IMG/VR virus record: IMGVR_UViG_3300038505_000020
Coordinates: 1 to 40,104 of that record
DNA: 40,104 bases
From: a virus
Direction: 5' to 3' (one strand)
The notes under the pieces are model-generated. The model ran no database searches. It had not been told where the DNA came from and saw nothing but the letters and a program-made list of their open reading frames with translations. Positions 20,152 through 30,314 of this stretch are shown here, one piece after another; the stretch's first letter is position 1; each line of letters starts with the position of its first letter. The position numbers and the translations under genes are program-made.

Positions 20152-20523
20152 TTAATTTCTTGATTTCTTTTTGTAAAATTCTTCATGAGTCCTTTGCATT
20201 TCCAAAGCATTTGTTTCTTCATTTCTATTTTCATTTGTTTCCAAATTTGAAATTCCTCTCCAAGCCAAAATTGTTTTTGTAAAAGTTTCTCCCCCAATTT
20301 TTATGCTCACAGGCAAAACAAAAACCCAAAGCACTTTTTCAAAAAAATTTAAAATATCAGAAGAAACTAAATTTATTTCTGTCCCAAGTCCTTTTCTTAC
20401 AATTGCAGTCCCGATTGTAGCAACTGCAATTAGGACTATTGTAAATATTAGCATTACCCAATAACTTATTTCTCCAATTCTCTCATATCTGTAATCAAGT
20501 TTTTGTTTTAAATTATCATTCAT
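20152..20523 (-). CDS. Small membrane protein; holin candidate.
   Basis: 123 aa. It has two or three TM segments (ISYWVMLIFTIVLIAVATIGTAIV; VLWVFVLPVSIKIGG) and a highly charged C-terminus. It is the last gene of the late block. Confidence 0.35.
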   Translation of the reverse strand: MNDNLKQKLDYRYERIGEISYWVMLIFTIVLIAVATIGTAIVRKGLGTEINLVSSDILNFFEKVLWVFVLPVSIKIGGETFTKTILAWRGISNLETNENRNEETNALEMQRTHEEFYKKKSRN

Positions 20524-20547
20524 TTATTTCCTCCATTATTCAATAAT

Positions 20548-21249
20548 TTATAAACTATAACCTTTGTAAGTTATACCTGTTAATCTACCATTTAACAAAT
20601 TAAATCTATTCCCGATCGTCTTATATTCAGTTTCTACAATTGCTTCAAAGCTATTTAAAATAAACCATAAAGTTTCGTAAATATTTTTTTTACTACTTAG
20701 AACTTCTAAAAACTCAACTAATAAAGTCTCATAAATATACATTTCTTCTTCATATACGGCCATAAATTTATTGAAGTCCTGCTCGGACATATGCTTGATT
20801 AATACTATTCTAAGCTTATCTCCAAGAAGATCAATATGTCTTAAGTATTCATCTCGTAATAAGCTAACTATAGACTCACTGGAAAAATTATTGATTGAAA
20901 ATAAATTATTTATTCTTATGACGTATTTTAAATAATTTTTTAACAGTATTTTTATTGATTTCAATTGTAATATAAGTACTTTTTTTGCAATTTCTTTCCT
21001 TCCTACATTTACAATTGAGTTCACTAATACTGGATTTTTTATTATATCATCTATTAAGTAAAAAACTTTATGCTGAAAAAATTTTTTTCTATTAAAATAA
21101 ATTCTTATCATGGATACTATCTTCATACTATTTATCCAAATGAATAATTTTAAACCACCAAAAATAGTACCCAATGAAAATAATATATTGAATAAATTAT
21201 TTGACAATAAATTTCCAACAGCTTTTAATACTTCTGTATTTAATTCCAT
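20548..21249 (-). CDS. Hypothetical protein with an N-terminal TM segment.
   Basis: 233-aa ORF between the tail-fiber assembly gene and the holin-like gene. Confidence 0.4.
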   Translation of the reverse strand: MELNTEVLKAVGNLLSNNLFNILFSLGTIFGGLKLFIWINSMKIVSMIRIYFNRKKFFQHKVFYLIDDIIKNPVLVNSIVNVGRKEIAKKVLILQLKSIKILLKNYLKYVIRINNLFSINNFSSESIVSLLRDEYLRHIDLLGDKLRIVLIKHMSEQDFNKFMAVYEEEMYIYETLLVEFLEVLSSKKNIYETLWFILNSFEAIVETEYKTIGNRFNLLNGRLTGITYKGYSL

Positions 21250-21254
21250 TGCGT

Positions 21255-21920
21255 TTATAACTCATTCAAATCAATAATAGTAGAAATTTTTTCAAGATCT
21301 TCATATGTTTTACAATTGTTTATTTCATTTTTTCTTTCATTAGCAAGTACTAATATAGTTCTTTTGTAATTTGCCCCATCTTGCAGCAATTGTTTTAATT
21401 GTGCTTTTGTATGATTTTTATACTCCCAATTATCGGAAAGATTTTTCTTGCATTTGAAAACGCTATCAATTCCAGAAGAAACAAGCCCAATTAAATTTAT
21501 TTGGTCTTGCTCTTCACTTGGATAAATATAAGGTTCTCCTAATGCACTGCTATAGAATCCAGAAATAATTAATTTCCTTGCATTACTATTTACTTCATTT
21601 ATCTTATTTTGTCTAATTGAATCAATTGTAATTAATCCATCTTGCAAAAGCTCTTTTTCTGTTTTAGGGACTATTTCTCCATTTTCAGAAATTTTTTGAT
21701 TTGACTCAATTTTTTTTTGACCAATATCAATAAGATATTGAGTGTATTCTTTCAATGAAAGAATTTGCCATTTATCTTTTTTCTCGTCAAAAATAATTTT
21801 TTGATTTTCTTTTATTACTGGTGGCTTTTTTGTAGTAGCTGAATAATATAACCTTTCAGGAATTCCTTCAAACTCATTTGTAAATTCTTTCGTTAATTGA
21901 TCATATCCATACCAAATCAT
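21255..21920 (-). CDS. Tail fiber assembly/chaperone protein.
   Basis: 221 aa, directly downstream of the fiber gene. The N-terminus MIWYGYDQLTKEFTNEFEG resembles tail-fiber-assembly proteins. Confidence 0.4.
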   Translation of the reverse strand: MIWYGYDQLTKEFTNEFEGIPERLYYSATTKKPPVIKENQKIIFDEKKDKWQILSLKEYTQYLIDIGQKKIESNQKISENGEIVPKTEKELLQDGLITIDSIRQNKINEVNSNARKLIISGFYSSALGEPYIYPSEEQDQINLIGLVSSGIDSVFKCKKNLSDNWEYKNHTKAQLKQLLQDGANYKRTILVLANERKNEINNCKTYEDLEKISTIIDLNEL

Positions 21921-21936
21921 AAATTTATTTCCTCCT

Positions 21937-23322
21937 TTATCCTCTAACTATTTGATACATTAAAGCAAAATTCTTAGGTCTAGTCTCATTTGCTATTCTT
22001 GGGACTCCATTTACTCCGTCATTCACTGCGTTAGTGACAAAATTATTGATTGAATTTCCAGCACCTTGAAGATAATGTGATCCATAATTACCATACCCCC
22101 AAACCTGAACCCCATAATTATGATTGATTAACGGATTATGCACAATTGAATGATAATGTCCTTGAAACGCATCTTCTTGTGTATCTCTTATATTTCTACC
22201 GCTTGACGTTATAATATTTCTACCAAATCTATCATTCCAATTTGGTAAAATATTTGTTGACAATATTCTAAATAAAACAGGTGCTTCTGTACTCATATTA
22301 GTAACAGTTGAGCCATCTGGTATGTAACAAGATGGATGCTCTCTTTTCCATCTTGTTTCGGTAAATATATTTCCAATTGGAATGTTTTCTACATCTTTAA
22401 ACCTATGGCCATTTCCCAAACAATAAAAAAATTCTATCTCATTACTAGAATTAAGTCTTATTGTTGCAATTACTCTTTTGTTGTTTTTGTAATAACCATT
22501 TTTTTGTATACTAAAAATTTGTGGAGTATTGCTATAATAGTCAATAAGTAATTTCGGATTTGATACGTATGAATGACTACTTCCAGCCATCTCGCTATCT
22601 GGGATTATCATTGCTTGCAATTGTCCTGAATCAGTTAGTAATACATACAAATGTTTATTTTGTGTTTCTGAATTTGATGCAATTGGAGTAACTCCATCAC
22701 TACTAAACACATTTGTAGTTAAGTTAAAATCAATTGTTAATAATGAATCAGTTACTATCATTTTTTTATTTACTTTTACTATGGAATTTCTTTCTAATCT
22801 TAATATTTTTGGAAAAGATTGATAAACTGAAATTATGGGATTGCAATAACCCAAACTAACATTACTATTTTGAAATTCTTCCAATCTTTCTGAAAGAAAT
22901 TGCAATCTATACAATTGTGTACCTGCAGGAACGTTAACACTGAATGATTCATATAATTCTGCAGACGTATCAGATATTACATTTGCGATTTCTCTATATT
23001 CTCCAATATGACTTCTAATCAAGTCCCCTTGAGATAATTCAGAAAGAAATTGAGTGCCTGACCCTGTTATTGTTATCCCAGAAGTTGAGAATGTCCCAGT
23101 CAATAAAATATCATTGCCATTAAATTTTTGACAATTTTTTCTTCTATTAGGTTCTCCTAATATTTTTCTTAGTCCATAAATTTCTGAGTAAATTTTTCTC
23201 AAAGTGTTAGGTGACCCCAAAAAAGAAAGTGGCTCTCCTGATCCATTTAAACTAGTATTTATTTCATTTATATCGTTTACTATTGTGCTATATTTGATTT
23301 GGTCTCTTGAATTTACTGGCAT
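21937..23322 (-). CDS. Tail fiber with a C-terminal phage-tail-collar domain.
   Basis: 461 aa. The C-terminus ...DAFQGHYHSI...NGVPRIANETRPKNFALMYQIVRG matches the collar-domain ending (ETRPkN.a..y.I). Confidence 0.65.
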   Translation of the reverse strand: MPVNSRDQIKYSTIVNDINEINTSLNGSGEPLSFLGSPNTLRKIYSEIYGLRKILGEPNRRKNCQKFNGNDILLTGTFSTSGITITGSGTQFLSELSQGDLIRSHIGEYREIANVISDTSAELYESFSVNVPAGTQLYRLQFLSERLEEFQNSNVSLGYCNPIISVYQSFPKILRLERNSIVKVNKKMIVTDSLLTIDFNLTTNVFSSDGVTPIASNSETQNKHLYVLLTDSGQLQAMIIPDSEMAGSSHSYVSNPKLLIDYYSNTPQIFSIQKNGYYKNNKRVIATIRLNSSNEIEFFYCLGNGHRFKDVENIPIGNIFTETRWKREHPSCYIPDGSTVTNMSTEAPVLFRILSTNILPNWNDRFGRNIITSSGRNIRDTQEDAFQGHYHSIVHNPLINHNYGVQVWGYGNYGSHYLQGAGNSINNFVTNAVNDGVNGVPRIANETRPKNFALMYQIVRG

Positions 23323-23339
23323 ATTTTTTCTCCTTATAA

Positions 23340-24002
23340 TTACAATTGATCTACGCTAAAATAACTCCATCCGCTAGTTGTTTGCTCTATTAAGAATGGA
23401 TAATCAATCAATGATATATTGTCAATAATAAATTGAGAACCTGAAGAAATTGTTGCTACTCCTATATACACACTAAAATAAATTGGAATTAAATTTTTTA
23501 CTTCTTCAATAATTTTTTTCTTTTGTGCAGGAGTAGGAAATACTTTTAAATCAATCAAGACAACGCCTTTTGGTTTTTGCTCAGTAGTCATAGATATTTC
23601 TTCAATCAAAGACCCTCCATCAATGAAAGAAATTTCAACTTGAAATAAATAATTAAATAAATTTCCTTTGACTAATTGAGTGTCTTGATTCATTATCTTA
23701 TCCAATATTGGCTTTATAACTAGCTCAAAATTTGATAAGTTTTTATGAATATATATTGATTTGGAAATTTTTTCTTTTACTTCTACAATTGTATTTAAAT
23801 CGTTTATGTAAGCTCCAAGAAATTTTGCTGTTTCGATTGGTAGTTTAGTTTTTTCTGCGTTAAAAAAATATTTTACTCCATTTATTTTTTCCAAATAATA
23901 ATTGGAAATTTCTTGCATAAAATCAAGAAATTCTTTCCATCCGTCTTTATTGTATTTCTCTATAATATCAGGAAAAAATTTTCTTACATCAATTTCTTTC
24001 AT
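23340..24002 (-). CDS. Baseplate/tail protein (P2 gpI / XkdU-like position).
   Basis: 220 aa. It overlaps the baseplate-J-like gene by 4 nt, in the usual J-I order. Confidence 0.4.
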   Translation of the reverse strand: MKEIDVRKFFPDIIEKYNKDGWKEFLDFMQEISNYYLEKINGVKYFFNAEKTKLPIETAKFLGAYINDLNTIVEVKEKISKSIYIHKNLSNFELVIKPILDKIMNQDTQLVKGNLFNYLFQVEISFIDGGSLIEEISMTTEQKPKGVVLIDLKVFPTPAQKKKIIEEVKNLIPIYFSVYIGVATISSGSQFIIDNISLIDYPFLIEQTTSGWSYFSVDQL

Positions 24003-25513
24003 ATAATTTCTACATTCAATGAATTAAGTGTCGTAATGTAACCGTCCGTCAACGTAATATCATTACTCGGCTGGACAACTTCTACATAATCTATTGCTTC
24101 CAATTGTGCTAATGAACTAACTATGTCATTTATCAAGAAATTTCTTCCAAATTCAGTATTTCTCGTATTGGAAATAATTTTTTCAGCTTCTACATAATCA
24201 TTTGAATTATAAGTAATACCTGTTAAGCTATTGTATAAATAATTTATTTCACTTATTGCTGACTCAATCCCACTTGATAAATAAATTTCTTTCACGTACT
24301 CCCCATTTTCAGAAATTCTTTGACAAATTATTAATTTTGAGTATCTAATTATATTATTTACATTTGTATTTAGTTTTGGTTTTATTTTTACGTGAACGTC
24401 AATATTTAAATAATTTGGATTTAATACATTTACGTTAACTTCTTCAAGTAAACTTCTTTTTTCCAAAAATTCTTTCACTTGATTTTTTAAACTCGAACTT
24501 GGATTTCCTCCGCCAATTGGGATAATCCAACAATTTATTTCCAACAATCCCGATTTTTTTGCACTAGCTAAATAAACATCTTGAAAGCTCTTAGCTAAAG
24601 CAATTGCACTTGATTCATTGATTAAATATTCACAGCTTCTTGCTCTTATTGGTGCTATTTTCGATGCGTTAAGTAATGTTTCTTCATTTTTTCCTCCTCT
24701 TGCAGGAAATAAATTTATGCATGATACAAAGTATGGATCATTTCCAAGATACTCAACAATTGTATTAGCTTCTACATTTGAATCACTTCCTCCGCCAACC
24801 GCAAAAGAAACATATACATCTAATCCAGCAGCTGGTATAAATCCAAATTGATTATTCGTTACATTATCGATTCCTCCAAGCTCAATAAATGAAGTACCAT
24901 CATTTCTATAATATAGCTTATAATGTTTGTCGTTTGCACTTGAATAAGCAAATGTCTCTACTAACTCATATTGAACTGAATCTATTGTAACAATCAATGT
25001 TTCTTTAATTATATCTTTTTCTGGTAGATCTATTCTCTGAAAACTACTACCATTAGTTTTACTAATTATTTGTGTAGGTTTAGTTTCTTGCTGGAATACC
25101 TCAATTGAAGAAACAGAAGTCCCAATAGAGAAAGTCAAATTATTTCTTGCCTCAAAAATTTTTTTCTTTTTTGCAGTCGTTTCTTGAGTAGAAAAAATTA
25201 AATTATTTTTTGATATTGTGTAACTGCTACTTGCGGTTGCACTTGGATCTATTGTTACTTGAAGATTTACTCTACTTGTTTGCTTCCAGGATAAGCTATA
25301 ATCAAGCAATTGTAGAATGTCCTGTGCAATTGTACGAGAATACCAATTGCTAGGAGTAATTGCATTCATGCAGGCATTCAGAGTATTATTCAACACATCA
25401 AAAATTCCAGCAATGAAAGTTTTAAAAAACATTGGCTGCTCTTTTAAAACTTGATCATTATTTATTTCAGAAATTAACGTTAAAAAATCTCTAGTAGAAT
25501 AATTAATACTCAT
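23999..25513 (-). CDS. Baseplate J-like protein.
   Basis: 504 aa. ARGGKNEETLLNASKIAPIRARS fits the Baseplate_J signature (GG.d.Et...lr.R). It lies between the gpW-like and gpI-like genes. Confidence 0.65.
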   Translation of the reverse strand: MSINYSTRDFLTLISEINNDQVLKEQPMFFKTFIAGIFDVLNNTLNACMNAITPSNWYSRTIAQDILQLLDYSLSWKQTSRVNLQVTIDPSATASSSYTISKNNLIFSTQETTAKKKKIFEARNNLTFSIGTSVSSIEVFQQETKPTQIISKTNGSSFQRIDLPEKDIIKETLIVTIDSVQYELVETFAYSSANDKHYKLYYRNDGTSFIELGGIDNVTNNQFGFIPAAGLDVYVSFAVGGGSDSNVEANTIVEYLGNDPYFVSCINLFPARGGKNEETLLNASKIAPIRARSCEYLINESSAIALAKSFQDVYLASAKKSGLLEINCWIIPIGGGNPSSSLKNQVKEFLEKRSLLEEVNVNVLNPNYLNIDVHVKIKPKLNTNVNNIIRYSKLIICQRISENGEYVKEIYLSSGIESAISEINYLYNSLTGITYNSNDYVEAEKIISNTRNTEFGRNFLINDIVSSLAQLEAIDYVEVVQPSNDITLTDGYITTLNSLNVEII

Positions 25514-25887
25514 AATTTTATTTCCTCCGTAAATAAATTATTTAAAGAAATATATGAGAAACTGCAATTTAATTTTCCTAATTTTTCATTTAATTCAAAA
25601 CTTATATCTTGGAAATTAATTGACACACGTCTTTCATCTTTACTTACTATATTCTCATTGTACAATTGTATTGATTCTACTAAGTCAATAGCTATCTCAA
25701 TTGAGTTTTCAATTGTGAGTGGTCTTTCATCAATCTTATGTAGATTGCTCCCAAATTGTCTATAATATGAAGTAGATTTTTTTGGAGTAAGTGCATGAAG
25801 TAAAACTTCAAATCTTATTTCGTCATTTATTTTTTTACCGTAATTTGATATAAGATTAAAAGAAAAGCTTTCCTGTAACTCATTCAT
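25510..25887 (-). CDS. Baseplate wedge protein (gpW/gp25-like).
   Basis: 125 aa. Its size and its position between the spike and J genes fit. The internal FGSNLHKIDERPLT...IEIAIDLVESIQLYNENI resembles the GPW_gp25 pattern. Confidence 0.5.
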   Translation of the reverse strand: MNELQESFSFNLISNYGKKINDEIRFEVLLHALTPKKSTSYYRQFGSNLHKIDERPLTIENSIEIAIDLVESIQLYNENIVSKDERRVSINFQDISFELNEKLGKLNCSFSYISLNNLFTEEIKL

Positions 25888-25898
25888 AATTTATTTCC

Positions 25899-26597
25899 TC
25901 AATTAGGTGGAGAAGTAGGTGCTGGACTTGACGGTATAGCTGGTGATACATATGTGTGAGTATGTACATCATATGCATTTTTCAACGCATTAAATTGATT
26001 TGTAAGTGTTTGTAAATTATTTCTTACAGTATCCAAAGAACTAATTGAATCGCTTATTTGATTGCTTTTTACCTCCGTTGAGTCTATTATAGTATTATTT
26101 ATTCCGAAATTTATTTCCAGCTTACTTGGTGTAAATTTCAAATAATTATTTCCATTCTTTATTTTAACTTCATTTTCTTTTATTTTTATTTCCAAATCAT
26201 TTATTTTCATATTAAATAAATTATTTCCAAAATCAAATAAGAAAAAAATATTATTTGACTTCTCAAATATTACATAGCTATCTTTATTAGCTTTTTCTAA
26301 TTTTTGAAAAGGTAAGCATGAATAACTTGCACTCTCAATTGTATTTTCTTTAAAGTATATTTCTACTTTGTCGTTTACTCTTGGGACAAATGAACTATAA
26401 AATTTATTTCCTTGCTTTGCAAAGATAAAAGCATTTGTATTGCTTTCTTTTATTCCAAGCTCTGGAATAGCTACTTTTACTAATCCATCGTCAAAAATTT
26501 CTTTCACTATCCCAATATATCTTTGTAAATATTTTATTCTATCGTCTATAATTCTATTTACAACGCTTATAATATCGTCGGAAAAAATTTCTTTCAT
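25899..26597 (-). CDS. Baseplate central spike (gpV-like).
   Basis: 232 aa. It has an N-terminal OB-like region (GIVKEIFDDGLVKVAIPELG...PRVNDKVEIYF), a repetitive beta-helix-like middle and a C-terminal HTHTY (HxH) apex motif. Confidence 0.6.
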   Translation of the reverse strand: MKEIFSDDIISVVNRIIDDRIKYLQRYIGIVKEIFDDGLVKVAIPELGIKESNTNAFIFAKQGNKFYSSFVPRVNDKVEIYFKENTIESASYSCLPFQKLEKANKDSYVIFEKSNNIFFLFDFGNNLFNMKINDLEIKIKENEVKIKNGNNYLKFTPSKLEINFGINNTIIDSTEVKSNQISDSISSLDTVRNNLQTLTNQFNALKNAYDVHTHTYVSPAIPSSPAPTSPPN

Positions 26598-26601
26598 AAT
26601 C

Positions 26602-27882
26602 TTACCTCATTATCTCTAACGTCATCTCATAACTATCAGAAGAGATTGTTTGCTCAATTCCAACAATTCTCCAAATGCCAGTTTCCTTTCCGAAAGAAAT
26701 TTTTGACCGAAACGTTGGAGGAACCAAGCTATTTTCAGAAGCTCCAAGAAATATTTTATCCCCAATTTGATAAAGTGGATTTGGGACAACTTTGCACTTA
26801 GCAGTATAGCCAGCCCCGTTAACGTTTGAAACAGTACTAGTGCGAGTTTTTATAAAATACTCATTTTTTAATTTTTCCCAATCGGTCTCAAAATTGCTGG
26901 AAATAATTTGTGTAACTCTTCTTGAAGCTTCGCCGATCGGCTTTCCTGCAACTTCTTTTCTTATTTTTTCTTTGTTAAGAACGTAAACAGTAACGTTGTC
27001 ATTTTCTGGATTTAATTCTTGAACTTTAACTTCTCCAGTAGATTGATCAACTATTACTTGAGAACCTTCCCCGAAAGTTTGACCAACCCCATTATTGCAA
27101 TCAAAATCAATAGAAATACAATTGCATGATTCATCTAGAGAATAATCTAGATAATGATAATTACCTTTTAAACCTCTTTCAGCCGATAAATTATATTTTT
27201 CCAAATTTTGGAAAGAAATTATGTACAACATAAGAGGATTTCTATCAAAGTTAGTGTTATATATCACTAAGCAATTGTATTTAGTCGCTACTTCATTAAT
27301 GAAGAAGATATTTGTCTTTCCTACTCTACTCAAGAAATTTTTTCTACTAAGTTTTTCATTCATTTCTGGAAAGTCAATAATAATATTTTGACTTTCAATT
27401 CCTAAGTCTTTTGCAGTATCAAACAATGCGTCTTTTATAGTCCCTGAGAAATAATTTTTATCTTTATTTACTCCAGCAGAAGTACCTTTAAGCCCAAATG
27501 TGTAAGAAACTAGCCCATCAGAACAGCTTACTTGCTTATTTATGAGAGAAAAAATCATTACTCTTTTTAGCTCTCCGGTAATGCTATCGTCTGGAAATAA
27601 ATTTATTAAATAATTTATTGATGATTTTAAACCAAAAGTAATAAGGAATAAACAGCTATACTTATTGAGAACTACATCAAATGTCCCAGTGTTATCAATG
27701 AGATTTACATTTGCAGTGGGTGATTCTTTCTCTTTCTCTGTTATTGTTATGCTTGTGAACTCACTTAAACCGTCAGAAAAATTTTGAATTCTATTTCTTT
27801 CAATAATTAAATCATTCAATGTGGGATAAACTTCTACTTCAAAAAATGGAGTTATAGAACTTGTATTTAATAATGACAACAA
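26602..27882 (-). CDS. Baseplate hub protein (gpD / XkdQ-like).
   Basis: 426 aa. The call rests on its position upstream of the spike gene and on its size. Confidence 0.4.
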   Translation of the reverse strand: MLSLLNTSSITPFFEVEVYPTLNDLIIERNRIQNFSDGLSEFTSITITEKEKESPTANVNLIDNTGTFDVVLNKYSCLFLITFGLKSSINYLINLFPDDSITGELKRVMIFSLINKQVSCSDGLVSYTFGLKGTSAGVNKDKNYFSGTIKDALFDTAKDLGIESQNIIIDFPEMNEKLSRKNFLSRVGKTNIFFINEVATKYNCLVIYNTNFDRNPLMLYIISFQNLEKYNLSAERGLKGNYHYLDYSLDESCNCISIDFDCNNGVGQTFGEGSQVIVDQSTGEVKVQELNPENDNVTVYVLNKEKIRKEVAGKPIGEASRRVTQIISSNFETDWEKLKNEYFIKTRTSTVSNVNGAGYTAKCKVVPNPLYQIGDKIFLGASENSLVPPTFRSKISFGKETGIWRIVGIEQTISSDSYEMTLEIMR

Positions 27883-27887
27883 TTTTT

Positions 27888-28151
27888 TTACTCCAGTGGT
27901 ATATAAATTTTTTCTATCTTGCTTAAATCAAAATCATAATCCATGAGATTTTCACAATTGTTTTGGATTATGTTTAGAACTTCTGCTTCTGAACCCATTT
28001 CTTCAAAAGCTATTAAATCTAAATCTCTATTTTTACAATCAACTAAATAAAAATTTTTTGACTTTTTAAATGGATAAATAATTTTTACACTTGTTTTTAC
28101 CCCATTTGGATTTAAGAAAACTTCTTCTTTAACATCTAACCATTCAAGCAT
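27888..28151 (-). CDS. Small tail/baseplate protein.
   Basis: 87-aa ORF, tightly packed between tail genes. Confidence 0.35.
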   Translation of the reverse strand: MLEWLDVKEEVFLNPNGVKTSVKIIYPFKKSKNFYLVDCKNRDLDLIAFEEMGSEAEVLNIIQNNCENLMDYDFDLSKIEKIYIPLE

Positions 28152-28152
28152 A

Positions 28153-28752
28153 TTAATAAGGCCTACCTTTGGAAATTAATTGACTTACTGAATCTTTTAT
28201 TCCAAGTCTTGCTTGAATAACTCTGGAAATTTTTTCTGCTTTATATAGTAAAGAATTTTCATCTAATTCAAGCTCTAAATTTACAATTGTATATTGGCTC
28301 ATTCCTTTTGAATTAGTTAAAGTAGCATTATGCTCGAAATCACATTTGTTTACAAAATACTCAAGTGGTGCAGAATGCATACCCCAAGAATATATAACTT
28401 TCGGAACGCCAGTGAAAGAAATTTTTTTACTAGATATAATAGATGAAATAGTAGGATTATCTGCATTTCTTAATATCTCAAATGCTTTAAGTATATTTGA
28501 ATTTCCTAATATACTCTTTCTATTAATTATTGGCAACGAGAAAGAAATTATTCTATTCTCATTTCTTACTCCTATTTTTGGTTTATAATTTCTTCCAATT
28601 ACAGGAGTTTCAGCATAAATAATTTTTTTACTATCCGTTATATTCGTTGGTATAGTGGGACTTGTTATGAGGATATTAAAATCTTTTATAAATAAAAACC
28701 ATGGTAAATTCTTATCTCGAAGTTTTACTTGCTTTATGGAAAAATTTTTCAT
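28153..28752 (-). CDS. Tail protein downstream of the tape measure (tube-initiator / XkdP-position protein).
   Basis: 199 aa. The call rests on position only. Confidence 0.35.
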   Translation of the reverse strand: MKNFSIKQVKLRDKNLPWFLFIKDFNILITSPTIPTNITDSKKIIYAETPVIGRNYKPKIGVRNENRIISFSLPIINRKSILGNSNILKAFEILRNADNPTISSIISSKKISFTGVPKVIYSWGMHSAPLEYFVNKCDFEHNATLTNSKGMSQYTIVNLELELDENSLLYKAEKISRVIQARLGIKDSVSQLISKGRPY

Positions 28753-28755
28753 TGC

Positions 28756-30300
28756 CTACAACAACCCCTTAGCTGGTGCAAATTTATTGAATTGTTTTTT
28801 CAAGCTTTCGTTACTTGATTTTATTTTCTTTTCTACTTCTTTGGCAATTTCTTGCGGATTGTCCCCTGTTATGTTGAATGTAAATTTATTATCTATATTA
28901 TTCTCTTGTTTTACATTTGCAGAAGTCCTCGTTATTTCCCCATTTGTTTTTTCCGATGGAGAAAATTTTTCTTGAATATTTTTTACGTTTTTTTGGTTTG
29001 ATATATTCTCAACATTTACATTTGTATTTCCCGAAAATAAATTTCCGACTAAAGATCCAATTGATTTAAATTTGTCTACTAAAGAAAAAATTTTTTCTAC
29101 AATATTATTTATTAAATTGGAAATAAAATTTATACCTTCTTGGAATTTTGAAACTAAATCTTGCCAAACTTGTTTAACTGAATTTATTGCTTCATTTATT
29201 GGAAATATATTATTTACAAATTCAATAATTTTATTACTTAAACTATTAAAATATTCTCTTATTTCATTTATTGTACTTGTAAAAAAATTTTTTATCTTAT
29301 CCCAATTCTTGTATACAAGCAATATAGCACCAACCAAAGCAACTAAGCTAGCTATTATAAGAGTAATTGGATTAGCTAATAGTGCCGTGGAGAATGCTAT
29401 AATAGAAGTAGTAGCAGAAACAATCGCAGGAATTAAACTGGCAAGAAATATCTTTCCTAACGCAACAAGTCCAACTGTTAATAATGCAATTCCACCAGTG
29501 GCCAACATTTGAACTAATATTCCGAATTCATCAATTGCTTTTTTGGGATTTTCAAACAATTGTGCTACAAAAGAAATTGCTTCTCCGAACTTATTTAAAA
29601 TTGGCATTGCGATTTCTTGGAATACGTATTTTATCCCTTTTGCAATTGCTTCAAGGACTGGCTCAAGAAGAACCATTACAAATGTTAATATGAAAGAAAT
29701 TTTTAACACGATGAAGTTTAAAAATTCAGATAATTTTGTTGCTGCTCCTTTTATGTCATTACCAGCAACGCCAAATACATTTTTAATAATTTTTTTCACG
29801 GAGTCAAATAATTGTTTCACAACTCCAACAATTGCACGAAAAATATTTCCAACAACATTTCCAAACATTACAAATATTTCCTTATTTTTTTTAACAAATC
29901 CCACAACTGCTTGTAATATTGGGACAACTTGGTCTTTTAAAGGTTTAAAAAAGTTTGAAAATATAATATTCCCAATGTCTGAAAAAGCTTGATTCACTTC
30001 TGGCATTTGCCCCATTGCTTTATTGTATAACCCAGTCGCAAAGTTAGCAAACAAAATACCCTTTGCAAAATCAATAGCACTTGATGAAGTTTGTTTAATA
30101 ATTTCTTGATTTTCTTTTAATTTGGAAATAAATTTTTCTTGCGTTGGTATAATTGATGAAATGGAACTTGATACATTTTTAAAAAAATTTTTTGACTTAT
30201 CTACAATTGTATTCAAGGAAGAAAAAGCATTTGATAAATTGGATGCTTTCTTCTCTGCATTCTCTGAAAACAAGCTTATCTCAATGCCAATTTCTTCCAT
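28756..30300 (-). CDS. Tail tape measure protein.
   Basis: 514 aa. It is helical, with a central hydrophobic block (LLTVGLVALGKIFLASLIPAIVSATTSIIAFSTALLANPITLIIASLVALVGAILLV). It lies directly downstream of the frameshifted chaperone pair. Confidence 0.7.
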   Translation of the reverse strand: MEEIGIEISLFSENAEKKASNLSNAFSSLNTIVDKSKNFFKNVSSSISSIIPTQEKFISKLKENQEIIKQTSSSAIDFAKGILFANFATGLYNKAMGQMPEVNQAFSDIGNIIFSNFFKPLKDQVVPILQAVVGFVKKNKEIFVMFGNVVGNIFRAIVGVVKQLFDSVKKIIKNVFGVAGNDIKGAATKLSEFLNFIVLKISFILTFVMVLLEPVLEAIAKGIKYVFQEIAMPILNKFGEAISFVAQLFENPKKAIDEFGILVQMLATGGIALLTVGLVALGKIFLASLIPAIVSATTSIIAFSTALLANPITLIIASLVALVGAILLVYKNWDKIKNFFTSTINEIREYFNSLSNKIIEFVNNIFPINEAINSVKQVWQDLVSKFQEGINFISNLINNIVEKIFSLVDKFKSIGSLVGNLFSGNTNVNVENISNQKNVKNIQEKFSPSEKTNGEITRTSANVKQENNIDNKFTFNITGDNPQEIAKEVEKKIKSSNESLKKQFNKFAPAKGLL

Positions 30301-30314
30301 GTTTTTCCTCTTTT

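Noticed and set aside
21937-23322. A diversity-generating retroelement or invertible segment acting on the tail fiber.
   Set aside because: There is no reverse transcriptase or invertase ORF anywhere. I saw no second copy of the fiber 3' region (a template repeat) and no flanking inverted repeats.
29072-29992. Long plus-strand ORFs (29072..29512, 29484..29693, 29543..29992), plus similar antisense ORFs at 3145..3372, 3627..3827, 4338..4547, 5122..5485, 16804..17722, 22336..22551, 24618..24851, 28346..28975, 30122..30413, 31043..31324, 34562..35232 and 38611..38793.
   Set aside because: They lie antisense to, or out of frame with, well-supported genes. They lack RBSs and have hydrophobic, low-complexity translations typical of the complementary strand of AT-rich coding DNA.
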